From Eledone cirrhosa (lineage: Eukaryota), in the NCBI GenBank assembly GCA_964016885.1, contig OZ024745.1, forward strand, positions 51,026,001 through 51,090,000: 64,000 nucleotides of DNA, in the 5' to 3' direction. Below are positions 1-11,596 of the stretch, piece by piece (the stretch's first letter is position 1; every line of letters begins with the position of its first letter). The notes below the pieces were generated by a model. It made no database searches and was not told where the DNA came from. It saw only the letters and a program-made list of their open reading frames with translations. A program made the position numbers and the translations under genes.

Positions 1-871
1 CCACCCTCAGGATGGCTAGATCAGAAATATAGACAGTGGCCGACTAGGTAAAAACCGTTCCAGCAATATATTAACGACTAATGGTGCTAATGCTTCTGTG
101 GTATTGCATGTATCGTCTGCTAACATTTTACGTATATCTATTAAATATTTAAACCAGATGTATAATATCATATTCCTGGGTGACTTCCAGTTGTTTATTT
201 GGTTTTGGATGCTCTGTTGGTTGTTTTAAACAGTGTCATCCGTCGGGATTCTTTTAGTGTTCAAGCACCTCAGCAAATTTCTTCTACTTTTCTTGCTGTT
301 TCTTGTATTAATTTCTATTTCATTTTAAAAACATTCTGGGTTGAACTTTTAACACACTTTGGGTTGAACTGAAATTGTTTTGTTCAAGGACTTGCATTGC
401 GATATAGCGAGGATCCGTCGTTTCAAGTGTTTTTTTGATTAAGGGTATTCTTTTTTGTTATATTATGTTTGTCTATTCTTATTTCACGGAATGCTATTAC
501 ACGAAAAAATGACATTTCACCCCCAAAACACCAGTGATGAAAACAGCAGACAAATAACCTTACATAACATGTGCGGGAACAAACATAACTAATTTTAAAA
601 TGTTCTCATTCTACAAATGCTCTGATTCAGTTACAGAACAACGAAAAAAAAAAAAAAGCAATTGCTTAACAAATATAAACCACGCTTAAATGTAACATCT
701 CCTATAAGGACACATATCAATCAACTATACATGTGAATATTTATTTTAATTTTTCGTTACAAATTTACATTCTCACCGTTAATCGCAAGGAACATTCGCG
801 GCAAAAGTGTTACTCAAATTGAAAGTATTTTGCTTGTGTGTGTCCATTTGCAGAAAAACGCAGACATACGC

Positions 872-919
872 ACGCACACACACACACATACGTACACACA
901 CTCACACATGCACACACAT

Positions 920-981
<62 letters not shown>

Positions 982-1020
982 GTACACACACTCACACACA
1001 CACACATATATATATATGTG
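872..1020. repeat. (CA)n/(TA)n compound microsatellite
   Basis: Direct reading; it explains the HT/CV-rich ORFs at 807-1146. Confidence 0.95.
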
Positions 1021-1142
1021 CAGAAGGTTCAGTATGTCCGAATAAAACTGGTGACAGTACCAAAGTCAGCACTCGATACAGAGCAGAGTGTATATAATAA
1101 GAAAAAAATGGAGATGTTACATAAGAGATTTATTGCTCACTC

Positions 1143-1230
1143 CTGATTACAAATGTTTCCCAAACAGCTGGCTCGTGATCCGGATTGACGCTCCAGACCA
1201 GATTCCCAAACTAGCTCATCCTCAGACCAG
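1143..1230 (-). ncRNA. Type I hammerhead ribozyme motif with long stem II (Penelope-associated type)
   Basis: Minus strand reads ctggt-CTGAGGA-[~57 nt containing tggtctgga/tccggatca pairing]-GAAA-catttg-TA-atcag. Stem I is ctggt/atcag, and aataaa follows. The base of stem II is imperfect. Confidence 0.6.
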
Positions 1231-1559
1231 TGTTATCACAACAAAAACAACATCGGATCTGTGGACAAAATAGTCAGATACAAACAAGTGTAGAGAACGT
1301 CCAATCACGGGCCGAGAATTAACCAGGTGCGCATATCGCAAACAATACAAGAAAGACAACCGATATAAAAAAAACAAATAAACAAACAACCAATATAAAT
1401 AAAAACAAAAAAAAATAAAAAAAATAAATGAATATACCAACCAACGTATATAAATACGACCAGATACACGTACCCAAGCCTAACCACCCACACATATATA
1501 TATAGGATACAAAAATACACACGTATATATATATAAACACAGACAAACACATATATATT

Positions 1560-1716
1560 GGGTAATGACCTAGAAACACGTTGATTGTTCCTCGATGTCA
1601 GTGTTGAACAAACGGATGACGAAAGTTCCCCTCATAGGCACAATCCAGGCATGGTTGTTTGTGGAAGACCAACAGTCGCCCGCGCATACCAGTTTCTCAT
1701 CTCCACGCCTCCGATA
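1560..1716 (-). mobile_element. Interspersed repeat (SINE-like) fragment, related to 21425-21600
   Basis: gtttgtggaagaccaacagtcgcc here is the near reverse complement of ggcaactgctggtcttccacaaac at ~21568-21591. Confidence 0.5.
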
Positions 1717-1767
1717 TAAATCATCAATAATTATTTCATAAAATAATTATTGATAATTTATATCGGT

Positions 1768-1955
1768 GGCGGTGGATTGGCAGTATCGGTAGAGGGTCGG
1801 ACGCCATGCTTTCCAGCATAGTTACGTCCCTTTACGATCTGAGTTCAAATCCCGCCGAGGTTGACTTTGCCTTTCATCCTACGGGTCGATAAAATAAAGT
1901 ACCAGTAATGCACTGGGTAATTGCTGGCCTTGTGCCTAAAGTAGAAACAATTATT
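1768..1955 (+). mobile_element. Full-length tRNA-derived SINE with Nin/Deu-like central domain and (ATT)n tail
   Basis: A-box-like tggcagtatcgg, B-box gagttcaaatcc, core ttgcctttcatcctacgggtcgataaaataaagtaccag, 3' end gccttgtgcctaaagtagaaacaattatt. A 19-bp direct repeat lies at 1729-1747 and 1949-1967. Many near-identical copies occur in the window. Confidence 0.9.
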
Positions 1956-2406
1956 TCATAAAATAATGTATAGGTTGTTCGGAAAACTTTTTTATACAGG
2001 GGTTCCTTTTTATGTGACTATTATATGAATAGAAAAACGCTATCAGTGTTATTACATACTCAATTTATTAAATATTTGTTTGAAGTAGGTTTGTCTATCG
2101 GGTTTAAAATGAAACGAAATTATAGAAGTCTGGCACAATAATCTATAGATCATCAGGAAAAATATTTGCTTACACGCGTTTTACCAATATTGTTGAGAAC
2201 ATATATAATACATTCATTTTTCTTCAGCGGGGCTTCATGAAATGATGTCTAATTGACCAATTAGAATGGATATATATATATATTTAAAAGTTAAATAAGG
2301 TTCAATGAATAAATCAAAGAATGAGTTTTACAATAGATTGGAAGCACTCAACAGATATGACTGAATCTTAACCATCTACTATGTCAGGGTATGTCATGCA
2401 TCATCT

Positions 2407-2473
2407 TATTTTATCTGATGAGGACGTACTGTTGAACTTAACTCAGTACCTCTGAAATATGTATAATAAAATA
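2407..2473 (+). ncRNA. Minimal type I hammerhead ribozyme motif
   Basis: tattttat-CTGATGA-ggacgtactg...cagtacctct-GAAA-tatgta-TA-ataaaata. Stem I is a perfect 8 bp. The motif lies in a ~230-bp insert between two (TA)n tracts. Confidence 0.75.
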
Positions 2474-3046
2474 TACTTGATCACAAGAATATCTATTTTG
2501 TTAATATTTTGAATAATATATATGTATATATATATATGTATGTATTCCCCATACATATCCCCATAATTTGCCTGAAAAGGGTTATTCAAAGAAAAAGCTC
2601 TCAATATAAAATTCATTATTTTCTGTCATTTTGTAACAAATGTAGTTCTCTTTGCCTATTCTTACCCACCCAACAACTTTCCAGTAACTTTTGACTGTAT
2701 TTTGGCATTTCCGTCATATGAGATAGCCGTCTAGTTTGGAACAAATAGTTTGTTTGTTAGAAACATTTCGGCTAATATGATATTTTTCTCTCACAATTTT
2801 ACTTTTATTTTATTTTTAGCATGGGTTAGGTGGAACTGTTTACGAAAGGGAATTTTTCTTGTGACAAACATATAGTGAAATGTGAGGAAACTAGATGAAC
2901 GGGGGAGGGGGGGGGACTAACTTGGTTAATTTTCTTAAATGCTATAAAATAATATACCAATAAAGTACATGGGTCAATTTAATCGACTTTCCCATTCCTC
3001 CAAATTGTATGCAAATATTAGAAATTATCGTATGTAGAGGCTAACG

Positions 3047-3220
3047 CTGGTGGATGGACAGAATCGTTAGAGCATTGGACAAAATGTTTTGCGACATTTT
3101 AGTTACGATTCGTTACATTCTGAGGTCAATGAACTAAAGTACCAGTAAATTACAGGGGTCGATATAACCACCTTTCCATTTTAAATGAATTGCTGGCCTT
3201 GTGCCAAATTAGAAATTATT
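3047..3220 (+). mobile_element. Diverged SINE copy (same superfamily)
   Basis: Contains taaagtaccagtaa and ttgctggccttgtgccaaattagaaattattat. Confidence 0.7.
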
Positions 3221-3380
3221 ATGTGTAAATGCGGGAACTATTATAGGCACCCGTTTCACGTGTGTTGTGTTGAAGCAAATAACTATGTGTATACTCTGGG
3301 AATGTATCTTACATTGCCCATGGAGTACGCTAAGATACAACCGGTACTGGCATTGATAAATATGCTGTGTCCGTCAACTC

Positions 3381-3455
<75 letters not shown>

Positions 3456-3630
3456 ACACACAGATAAATACACCAATTAATGGTAGGGTGCAAGCCGTAT
3501 GAAAAACTCAATGTAATCCGTATGTAGAAGATTGCGTGAAGCAAAGTTAAAAATACAAAATTTCAACGATATAGTTCATTGGAAGCAGAGTCAAAATAAT
3601 ACAAATAGTGAAAAGAATGAAATTAAACAA

Positions 3631-3765
3631 ATTATTTCTGAAGACGGCGGGTAGGGAAGACGTATGTATATTTTCTTACTTTGATAATTTGTAATGTATT
3701 TTACATATATCACTATTAGAATGAACATACGGAAAACTACCCCCCAGAAACGATCGTAAAATAAT
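3631..3765 (+). ncRNA. Type I hammerhead ribozyme motif with ~100-nt stem II and palindromic stem III
   Basis: attattt-CTGAAGA-cggcgggtag..cgtatgt...acatacg..ctaccccca-GAAA-cgatcg-TA-aaataat. It lies between the (TA)n tracts at 3383-3453 and 3824-3873. Confidence 0.75.
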
Positions 3766-3820
3766 GAGTTTTATTATGAATTACCCGTATTTTGTTTAAT
3801 TTCATTGTTTTCACTATTTG

Positions 3821-3876
<56 letters not shown>

Positions 3877-4280
3877 CGTGCGTATACATACATACAAACT
3901 GACAAACAGACAGTAAATGTTGACTGATTTTCCATTATTTTCAATTTCTTGCTCATACAATATATATATTTTAAATATAGATGTACCTATACTCGTATAT
4001 ATATTAATATAGACATTTTAATTATACAATTATACAAACATATGTACATATATACACCGACGTATACATTTCCATACCACCATACACACAATCGTAAATA
4101 CATACGTAAATACATTGTATATATATATATTTATTTACGTATAGCACGGAACATATGTGCATAAACACACATGCACCGTGTTGTATTATGACAGTATTGT
4201 GTTAGCTCAATGTACAAGAACAGAGCTGTTATATGTAAAAGAAACCAAAGAACGCTTACATACTCAAACAGTTTTTATTT

Positions 4281-4325
4281 GCTTACAATGTTTCATCCAT
4301 ACCGTTCGGTAGGAATCCTCAGAGC
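4281..4325 (-). ncRNA. Minimal type I hammerhead ribozyme motif
   Basis: Minus strand: gct-CTGAGGA-ttcctaccgaacggtatggat-GAAA-cattg-TA-agc, then aaataaaa. Stem I is only 3 bp. Confidence 0.65.
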
Positions 4326-4657
4326 TTACTAAATACAGTGCTGAGTATAAGCTCCACAGAGCCTAGTCACACGAACAATCGGAATGCAAAAGAGGGTAAA
4401 GATAGGGAGATCGGAGCTGGCGAACAAGGAGGGAGTACATGTTGTGGTTGTTAAGCACCACAGCTAAATGCTAGGGCACAAGCGGATTCCACAAGATGCA
4501 GATATAATTGATGGCACACAAAAGCAAAAAATACAGGCAATGGTTAAAACATAATAAAAAATAATAAAATAAAAAAATAAAAGGAAGAATATATAAAGAG
4601 ATAAAAAGTAAAAAGGTAAAAAATTAAAAAAGTAAAAATGTTATAAAAAAAAGAATA

Positions 4658-4858
4658 TAGTGTGGTGTGGTGTAGTCTGGTGTGGTGTGTTGTAGTGTAG
4701 TGTGGTGTGGTGTGGTGTTGTGTAATCTGGTGTGGTGTGGGGTGGTGTAGTGTAGCGGAGTGTGGTGTGATGTGGTGTAGTGTGTTGTAGTGTAGTGTAG
4801 TGCAGTGTAGTGTGGTGTAGTGAAGTGTGGTATAGTGTGGTGTATTGTTGTAGTGTAA
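4658..4858. repeat. Pentanucleotide (TGTGG/TGTAG)n microsatellite
   Basis: Direct reading. Confidence 0.9.
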
Positions 4859-5159
4859 GGTAGTTTACACACACAATATTTATAGTATGTCGGCCTTTTC
4901 GACTTTTCATATAGTAACCGAATTTTAATGATCTTTAGTGTAATACACTAGACAATGCTGCAGGTCCATTAATACTTAATAACATGATTGTTTTTCTTAG
5001 CACGAATCTGTCGAATTAGTATGAGGTCTGTTGGTGATTATATATCATTTTTCTATTTATTTTTATTTTGTTTGCGGTCCGAATTAAATAACCTTATAGG
5101 TGACAAATTAGAGTAGTCCCCCTTTTATTTACCACCTTTACGCCACGTCATTATTTGAC

Positions 5160-5288
5160 CTTTATGGTCTGAGTTCAAATCCCGCCGAGGTTAACTTTGC
5201 CTTTCATCCCTACGGGGTCGATAAAATAAAGTACCAGTAATACACTGGGATAATTGCTGGCCTTGTGCCAAAAGTAGAAACAATTATT
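5160..5288 (+). mobile_element. 5'-truncated SINE copy
   Basis: Nearly identical to 1830-1955. Confidence 0.9.
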
Positions 5289-5410
5289 TGACGACTAAAA
5301 ACGTTATCAACTGATGTGCATTTCTATACACTTAGCGGCGATAAACAAAGTATCTTGAGCCAGACTTATAAATTTACGTGGTGTAGGCTGTCTTTTCTTC
5401 TCTATAATTC

Positions 5411-5460
<50 letters not shown>

Positions 5461-5507
5461 GTTTGACCCCACATAGCAGGCATGCTAGCGCAACTGGCGG
5501 ATTTGGG

Positions 5508-5649
5508 TAAAAATAGCAGCGCGATACAACGTTTTGTTCTCTACATATCGGAGAAAAATTATAAAAGGGTATGGATATTCCGGCAGGCACTAAGTACCTA
5601 TAGAAATGATATGTAGAGAACAAAATGTTGTATCGCGCTGCTATTTTTA
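5508..5649. repeat. Inverted repeat, ~41-bp arms with ~59-bp spacer
   Basis: taaaaatagcagcgcgatacaacgttttgttctctacatatc pairs with gatatgtagagaacaaaatgttgtatcgcgctgctattttta. Confidence 0.9.
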
Positions 5650-6058
5650 GCGGCATGGTCAACAAGTTTATAATAACCCGGTTTTAATCATGGCCTATTT
5701 TTGTGTGTAAGTCACTTTAACGCCTTGACCGGATGCAACAGACAGGAAGCGAAATATTAACTTACTATGAGGTTTTATACCCTTATAGTATGGAAATAGC
5801 TGTCTGAAGATATAATTCTTTCCATTGGAAATTCTCTGAATTTCCAATCTTTTGATTAGTGGAATCGTCGGTAACGGCAATAGAACAGGTGAATATTTAA
5901 ATCGTTTTTTAATTTATTTAAAAGATTGTTTGATGATTACTTGTTCCGCTCATTTATATGGAAGATGCTAGATGGTCGGTAGTCCTCGGGTCTATGATTT
6001 TCAGCTCCATGGATTTTATCTGTTACATCTTTTATCTGTTACATTTATTATATTTCGA

Positions 6059-6116
6059 ATACCTGATGATATCACCGGATTCATACGGAACCCGGTCATT
6101 GAAATGATAATAGTAT
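6059..6116 (+). ncRNA. Minimal type I hammerhead ribozyme motif
   Basis: atac-CTGATGA-tatcaccggattcatacggaacccggtcatt-GAAA-tgataa-TA-gtat, then aataaa. A (TA)n tract starts ~50 nt downstream. Confidence 0.65.
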
Positions 6117-6162
6117 AATAAACCTTTCAATGATTTACACAAGTCCAGCCTCCTGTTATTTT

Positions 6163-6246
<84 letters not shown>

Positions 6247-6248
<2 letters not shown>

Positions 6249-6500
6249 AAGGCGGGTAAAATTCCCGAGATCCATGGACGAGTTCTCTCCAGCGGTCTCT
6301 GTCCCTCATTATCGCTGCCATGTCCTGCATCTCCAACAGACCAGTGTCTGTCCTTAGGGCATCAACATACGTTAACCTTGGTCTTCCTCTTCTAGTGTGT
6401 CCATGTAGGGGCTCCCAAAGGAGTACCGAGTACAATGTCAACTCTGGATGTCGGTGAGCATGTCCAGCTAACCTTAGTCTCCTCTGTGTCACTTTTGAGC
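6247..6500 (-). mobile_element. RTE-clade LINE 3' fragment between (TA)n tracts
   Basis: Translation RRLRLAGHAHRH...LLWEP..G.TRRGRPRLTYVD...MRDRDRWRELV is the typical RTE ORF C-terminus. Confidence 0.85.
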
Positions 6501-6534
6501 TATATATATATATATATATATATGAACCAGTAAG

Positions 6535-6628
6535 ACCCCGACAGCTGAGCTCAAGCCGTTTCGACGGCTAATTCTGGACTAAATGAAAATTTATCCTGGT
6601 ATTTAAATAGCCGATCTTCTCAAGGGGT
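6535..6628 (-). ncRNA. Hammerhead ribozyme motif, U3-A8 variant (inverted-arm copy)
   Basis: Reverse complement of 10000-10093. Confidence 0.8.
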
Positions 6629-7827
6629 AATTCCATATATGGTCAAAGTGATTGTCAAAAATCAGTAGTAATTCTGTGGTTGCAAATTAGTAGGGGAGAT
6701 GGTGGCTAAACCTGCCAGTAGGAGAAAGAGGGGAGGGGGTGGAGTAACCCAATCAAGCGTTGGTAGTGCCAGCTACAGCTGGGCATGAGGTCAAAGAAGA
6801 TACAGGGGAGGGGGAGGGGGAGGAAGTCGGAACGGTAGGTAGAACAATGGGGGGGGGGGGGGTAGAAAAATATATATAGGAAAGAAAAAATACTGAGAGT
6901 GAAGAAAAGCAAATAAGTGTAAAGAAAAAAGTAAAGTAAATTAAATTCTACGACCTAGGTCTCAGGCTATTGTTAGGCTAGAATAAAATAAAGAAGGAAA
7001 GAAAGAAGTAAAGAAATAAATAAATAAAGAAATAACGAAATAAGTAAAAGAACTAGGTGGGACGAAATAGGCAAGGACCCTTTTAAGAGGTATAAGTACG
7101 TAAATGATACGGTGACGGGTCAACAAAAGGGGCCAAAATACTAAAGAGACTACCACGAAATAAACAATAAAGGTTTCCATCCCGGGCCAGCAACGACCCA
7201 GTGCAGCAAAGTGAACTTGTACGAGATAATAATTCTGAGTCCCGAGAAAAATATATACTAATGCTAACTCTAAAAGATCTAAAACAAGCTACATGAAAGT
7301 TCGTACGAAATAAAGGTAGAATACGGAGAAATAAATTCAGAATCCACCCCGCCCAGAAGAAAAGCGAAGCAAGAAATACTGAAACGAAAAAATAAGGCAT
7401 AAGTGCCACTAAGAAATATAGAGGGCACAGAGAATAGTGGGAGCGGTCGGAAAAAGGGGGCAAGTATCCGGGGTCTAAGCCAACTGCTATAAAGGGCGGA
7501 GTCCGCCAAATCTATCATAGACTAGGGGAGGGGGGGGTGGGGGTACTAAGGCTACATGGGGCCAAAGGGCAGCCTCGGGTGGGCGAGAAAAGACGCCGAC
7601 AAAGGAGAAGAGCTGGGGTAGAAGGACTAAGGAGAGAGGGGGGGGGGGGGAATAAAGGAAGCGATAAAAGAATACAAAGAAGATCTTACGTCTTCCTTGG
7701 CAAGCAGGGGTTACCCATTGCAAAATCGGCAAGTGGGGTGTTATAGCCCTAGTCTACCCCCCCCCGGGTCATTATGGGGTTTGAGGGCGAGGTAAGTCTT
7801 ACGCAATCTATGTTTACATGCAGTGAC

Positions 7828-8883
7828 AGTAGTACAGATCGGGTCCGGAAACAATTAATCAGATTCTTCCGCGACTGGGGATTTAAAATAACCCTACAAA
7901 CGTCCCTGACCCGAGTAAACTTCCTGGACGTGACCCTCGACCTCGAAAACGACCTGTACTACCCATACAGGAAACCTAATGACAATCTGCACTACATCCA
8001 CCGCCGATCAAACCATCCTAGGAACATCACAAACAACCTGGTCAAAAACATCTCCCTCCGCATATCCCGTTTGTCAGCTAATGAGCGGATATTCGATGAA
8101 CATGCGCCTTATTACAACCAGGCCCTCAAGCGGCGTGGTTTCCGGGAGGAAATATCCTACTGTCCAGCTCCCATTAGCTCACGCAATGTAACATGGTTCA
8201 ATCCTCCCCACAACGCAGAGGTGACAACTCCCATCGGGAAACTATTCTTTAGGCTCATTGAAAAATACTTCCCATTACAACACCGCTACCACAACATAAT
8301 TAACAAAAATACCATCAAACTCTCTTACAGCACTACACCAAACTTCGCACAAAACATCGTCTCCTCTAACAACAAAAAACTCAACCCCGATGGCAGAAAT
8401 AACCTAAATAGCAGCGGAGAACCGACCAGGAGGTGTAACTGCCCGGATAGATCTATTTGCCCACTCGACAATAGATGCAGAGACCGTAATGTGATCTACC
8501 AGTGCAACGTGAGGACGGATACCTCCAACAAAGCCTATATAGGACTTACCGCATGTGACTTCAAGACCCGGCTATACCAACATAGACATACCTTCTGAAA
8601 CCCGGCCCGGCGTCACGCCACTACACTTTCGGGCCACATATGGGACCTCAAGGACAACAACATCACCTATGATCTCACTTGGAGATTACTGTCCAGAGCC
8701 AATTCTTACACGGGAGGACGCCGTCCGTGCAATTTATGCTCGGAGGAAACTTTACAAATGCTGTTTTCGACGGACCAACTCCTAAACAAGAAAGATGAAC
8801 TGGTCACTGCATGTAAAGATAGATTGCGTAAGACTTACCTCGCCCTCAAACCCCATAATGACCCGGGGGGGGGGGGGGGGTAG
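7828..8883 (+). pseudogene. PLE polyprotein remnant: RT thumb, linker and GIY-YIG endonuclease, with one in-frame TGA at 8596-8598
   Basis: Motifs VNFLDVTLDL, YRKP, SNHP, WFNPP, CNC..CPL..C, VIYQ...YIGLT..FKTR..QH. The frame continues past the TGA (LSGHIWDLK...CNLCSEE...LLNKKDELVTACK) to TAG at 8881-8883. The first ~18 codons of the listed 7774 ORF come from the inverted arm. Confidence 0.9.
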
Positions 8884-9999
8884 ACTAGGGCTATAACACC
8901 CCACTTGCCGATTTTGCAATGGGTAACCCCTGCTTGCCAAGGAAGACGTAAGATCTTCTTTGTATTCTTTTATCGCTTCCTTTATTTCCCCCCCCCCTCG
9001 CTCCTTAGTCCTTCTACCCCAGCTCTTCTCCTTTGTCGGCGTCTTTTCTCGCCCACCCGAGGCTGCCCTTTGGCCCCATGTAGCCTTAGTACCCCCACCC
9101 CCCCTCCCCTAGTCTATGATAGATTTGGCGGACTCCGCCCTTTATAGCAGTTGGCTTAGACCCCGGATACTTGCCCCCTTTTTCCGACCGCTCCCACTAT
9201 TCTCTGTGCCCTCTATATTTCTTAGTGGCACTTATGCCTTATTTTTTCGTTTCAGTATTTCTTGCTTCGCTTTTCTTCTGGGCGGGGTGGATTCTGAATT
9301 TATTTCTCCGTATTCTACCTTTATTTCGTACGAACTTTCATGTAGCTTGTTTTAGATCTTTTAGAGTTAGCATTAGTATATATTTTTCTCGGGACTCAGA
9401 ATTATTATCTCGTACAAGTTCACTTTGCTGCACTGGGTCGTTGCTGGCCCGGGATGGAAACCTTTATTGTTTATTTCGTGGTAGTCTCTTTAGTATTTTG
9501 GCCCCTTTTGTTGACCCGTCACCGTATCATTTACGTACTTATACCTCTTAAAAGGGTCCTTGCCTATTTCGTCCCACCTAGTTCTTTTACTTATTTCGTT
9601 ATTTCTTTATTTATTTATTTCTTTACTTCTTTCTTTCTTTCTTTATTTTATTCTAGCCTAACAATAGCCTGAGACCTAGGTCGTAGAATTTAATTTACTT
9701 TACTTTTTTCTTTACACTTATTTGCTTTTCTTCACTCTCAGTATTTTTTCTTTCCTATATATATTTTTCTACCCCCCCATTGTTCTACCTACCGTTCCGA
9801 CTTCCTCCCCCTCCCCCTCCCCTGTATCTTCTTTGACCTCATGCCCAGCTGTAGCTGGCACTACCAACGCTTGATTGGGTCTACTCCACCCCCTCCCCTC
9901 TTTCTCCTACTGGCAGGTTTAGCCACCATCTCCCCTACTAATTTGCAACCACAGAATTACTACTGAATTTTGACAATCACTTTGACCATATATGGAATT

Positions 10000-10093
10000 A
10001 CCCCTTGAGAAGATCGGCTATTTAAATACCAGGATAAATTTTCATTTAGTCCAGAATTAGCCGTCGAAACGGCTTGAGCTCAGCTGTCGGGGT
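10000..10093 (+). ncRNA. Type I hammerhead ribozyme motif with U3-A8 core variant
   Basis: acccc-TTGAGAA-ga(t)cggcta...tagccgtc-GAAA-cggct-tgagctc-agctg-TC-ggggt. All three stems pair, and the predicted GUC cleavage is after 10088. Confidence 0.8.
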
Positions 10094-10184
10094 CTTACTG
10101 GTTCCTATTACCCACTCTACTACCTCAAGTATTGAGTACTTTGGTGCGTTATGGTCCACCTGGTTCCTTACCACATTTCCTTCG

Positions 10185-10253
<69 letters not shown>

Positions 10254-10883
10254 ATATTATATATATATACATACATACATATACATACATACATACATGC
10301 ATATACAGACACGCACACCCTCATCAGCCTATCTCAAATTCATAGAAGAGACGGAAATCTGATTTGATAACCATCGGTGGTCTGATAAAACTGCGTAGTT
10401 AAGTTGATGCTATGATTATCTGCGGGTATCAACGGCATCGCCATTGGTAATGCACCAGATCAGACCATTATCAGCAGACGTCATGCAACTTAGAAAGGAT
10501 ATCGCCGTAATAAATAATAAATAAAATGCTTATGATACACAATAAAACAAAATATATTTTCTCGACTAAGATCGCAATTAAGAACGTAGACCTGTTAACA
10601 TTGAAAATGTAAAAAGGTTTTCTCTTGTTTTCTCTACCAGATGGAACACCATCGCCTCACTAATTGACCGATATCAGTTGCGAACGGAATATTCAAGTGT
10701 ATAAGCAGAGGAATAGCTGAGAGAATTCATAGGTAGCAGCATGGTTGTGTTATTACGGAGAAGTGTTTGAGGGAGTGGGGCTGCTGAAAATTTCATGGCT
10801 TAACCCATTTCCCGAAACATGATTCAGACACACACATATAGTAAACAACACAAACATACAACCCCTTCACACATAGACACACG

Positions 10884-10931
<48 letters not shown>

Positions 10932-10980
10932 ATTGAGTACCTTACTTACTGTGGTTACCTCCGATTTAACCCGGAATAAC

Positions 10981-11035
<55 letters not shown>

Positions 11036-11404
11036 TACACACATTATATATTTATATATATCTATATATATATACAGTGGCGGACTAGCCAGGTTGCCCA
11101 ATGGCAAGTGGGCACCAGGGGGCACGCTGTAACATTGCAATGGTCACAGTAAAATTGCAGGGCCCACTGTAGTATTTTAGGGACCACTGCTTTGCTTTCA
11201 AAAAATTAATAAAACAATTAAGCAAAGTATTTGGTCAACCAATTCCCCGGGGAATTAAAAGAAACCAAAATATATGATAGTGTAAATAGCTGGTTGTACA
11301 TTCTACTAAATTTAAAGTGTATTCATTCATGCGAACATACATATATAGACACCCACACACAAACAAATATATATATATATGTAATCTGAGTTTTTCGAAT
11401 ATTA

Positions 11405-11535
11405 ATAATTGTTTCTTCTTTTGGCACAAGGCCAGCAATTACCGAGTGCATTACTGGTACTTTATTTTATCGACCCCGTAAGGATGAAAGGCAAAGTTAA
11501 CCTCGGCGGGATTTGAACTCAGAATGGCAAGAGCC
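11405..11535 (-). mobile_element. SINE copy inserted in the left arm of a fold-back element
   Basis: Reverse complement of the SINE core and 3' end. Confidence 0.9.
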
Positions 11536-11596
11536 TTTTAAAGCCATGTCAGTAGAATGAACCCTTCATTCTTGCTCTTGTGTTGGCATGTAAACA

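Larger units (their letters stand above)
6524..10187 (+). mobile_element. 5'-truncated Penelope-like retroelement (Naiad-type) with inverted 5' copy of its 3' region, inserted in (TA)n
   Basis: Arm 6524-7827 is the near-perfect reverse complement of 8803-10104. The centre encodes a PLE RT C-terminus and GIY-YIG. An unpaired tail at 10105-10187 precedes (TA)n, and (TA)n lies on both sides. Confidence 0.9.

Noticed and set aside
1-39. Hammerhead-like ccac-cCTCAGGA-tggctagatca-GAAA-tatagac-agtgg
   Set aside because: The core has CTCAGGA and no NUH triplet, and it is cut by the window edge. At best it is a dead copy.
8596-8598. In-frame TGA in the PLE ORF as a selenocysteine codon (some Naiad elements encode selenoproteins)
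   Set aside because: It falls at HTF*NP, not at a conserved Cys position. It is more simply a CGA(Arg)-to-TGA CpG mutation, and I identified no SECIS.
6706-9672. Paired identical ORFs (72-126 aa) on opposite strands
   Set aside because: They arise from the inverted arms of the PLE's T-rich non-coding region and show no recognisable domain.
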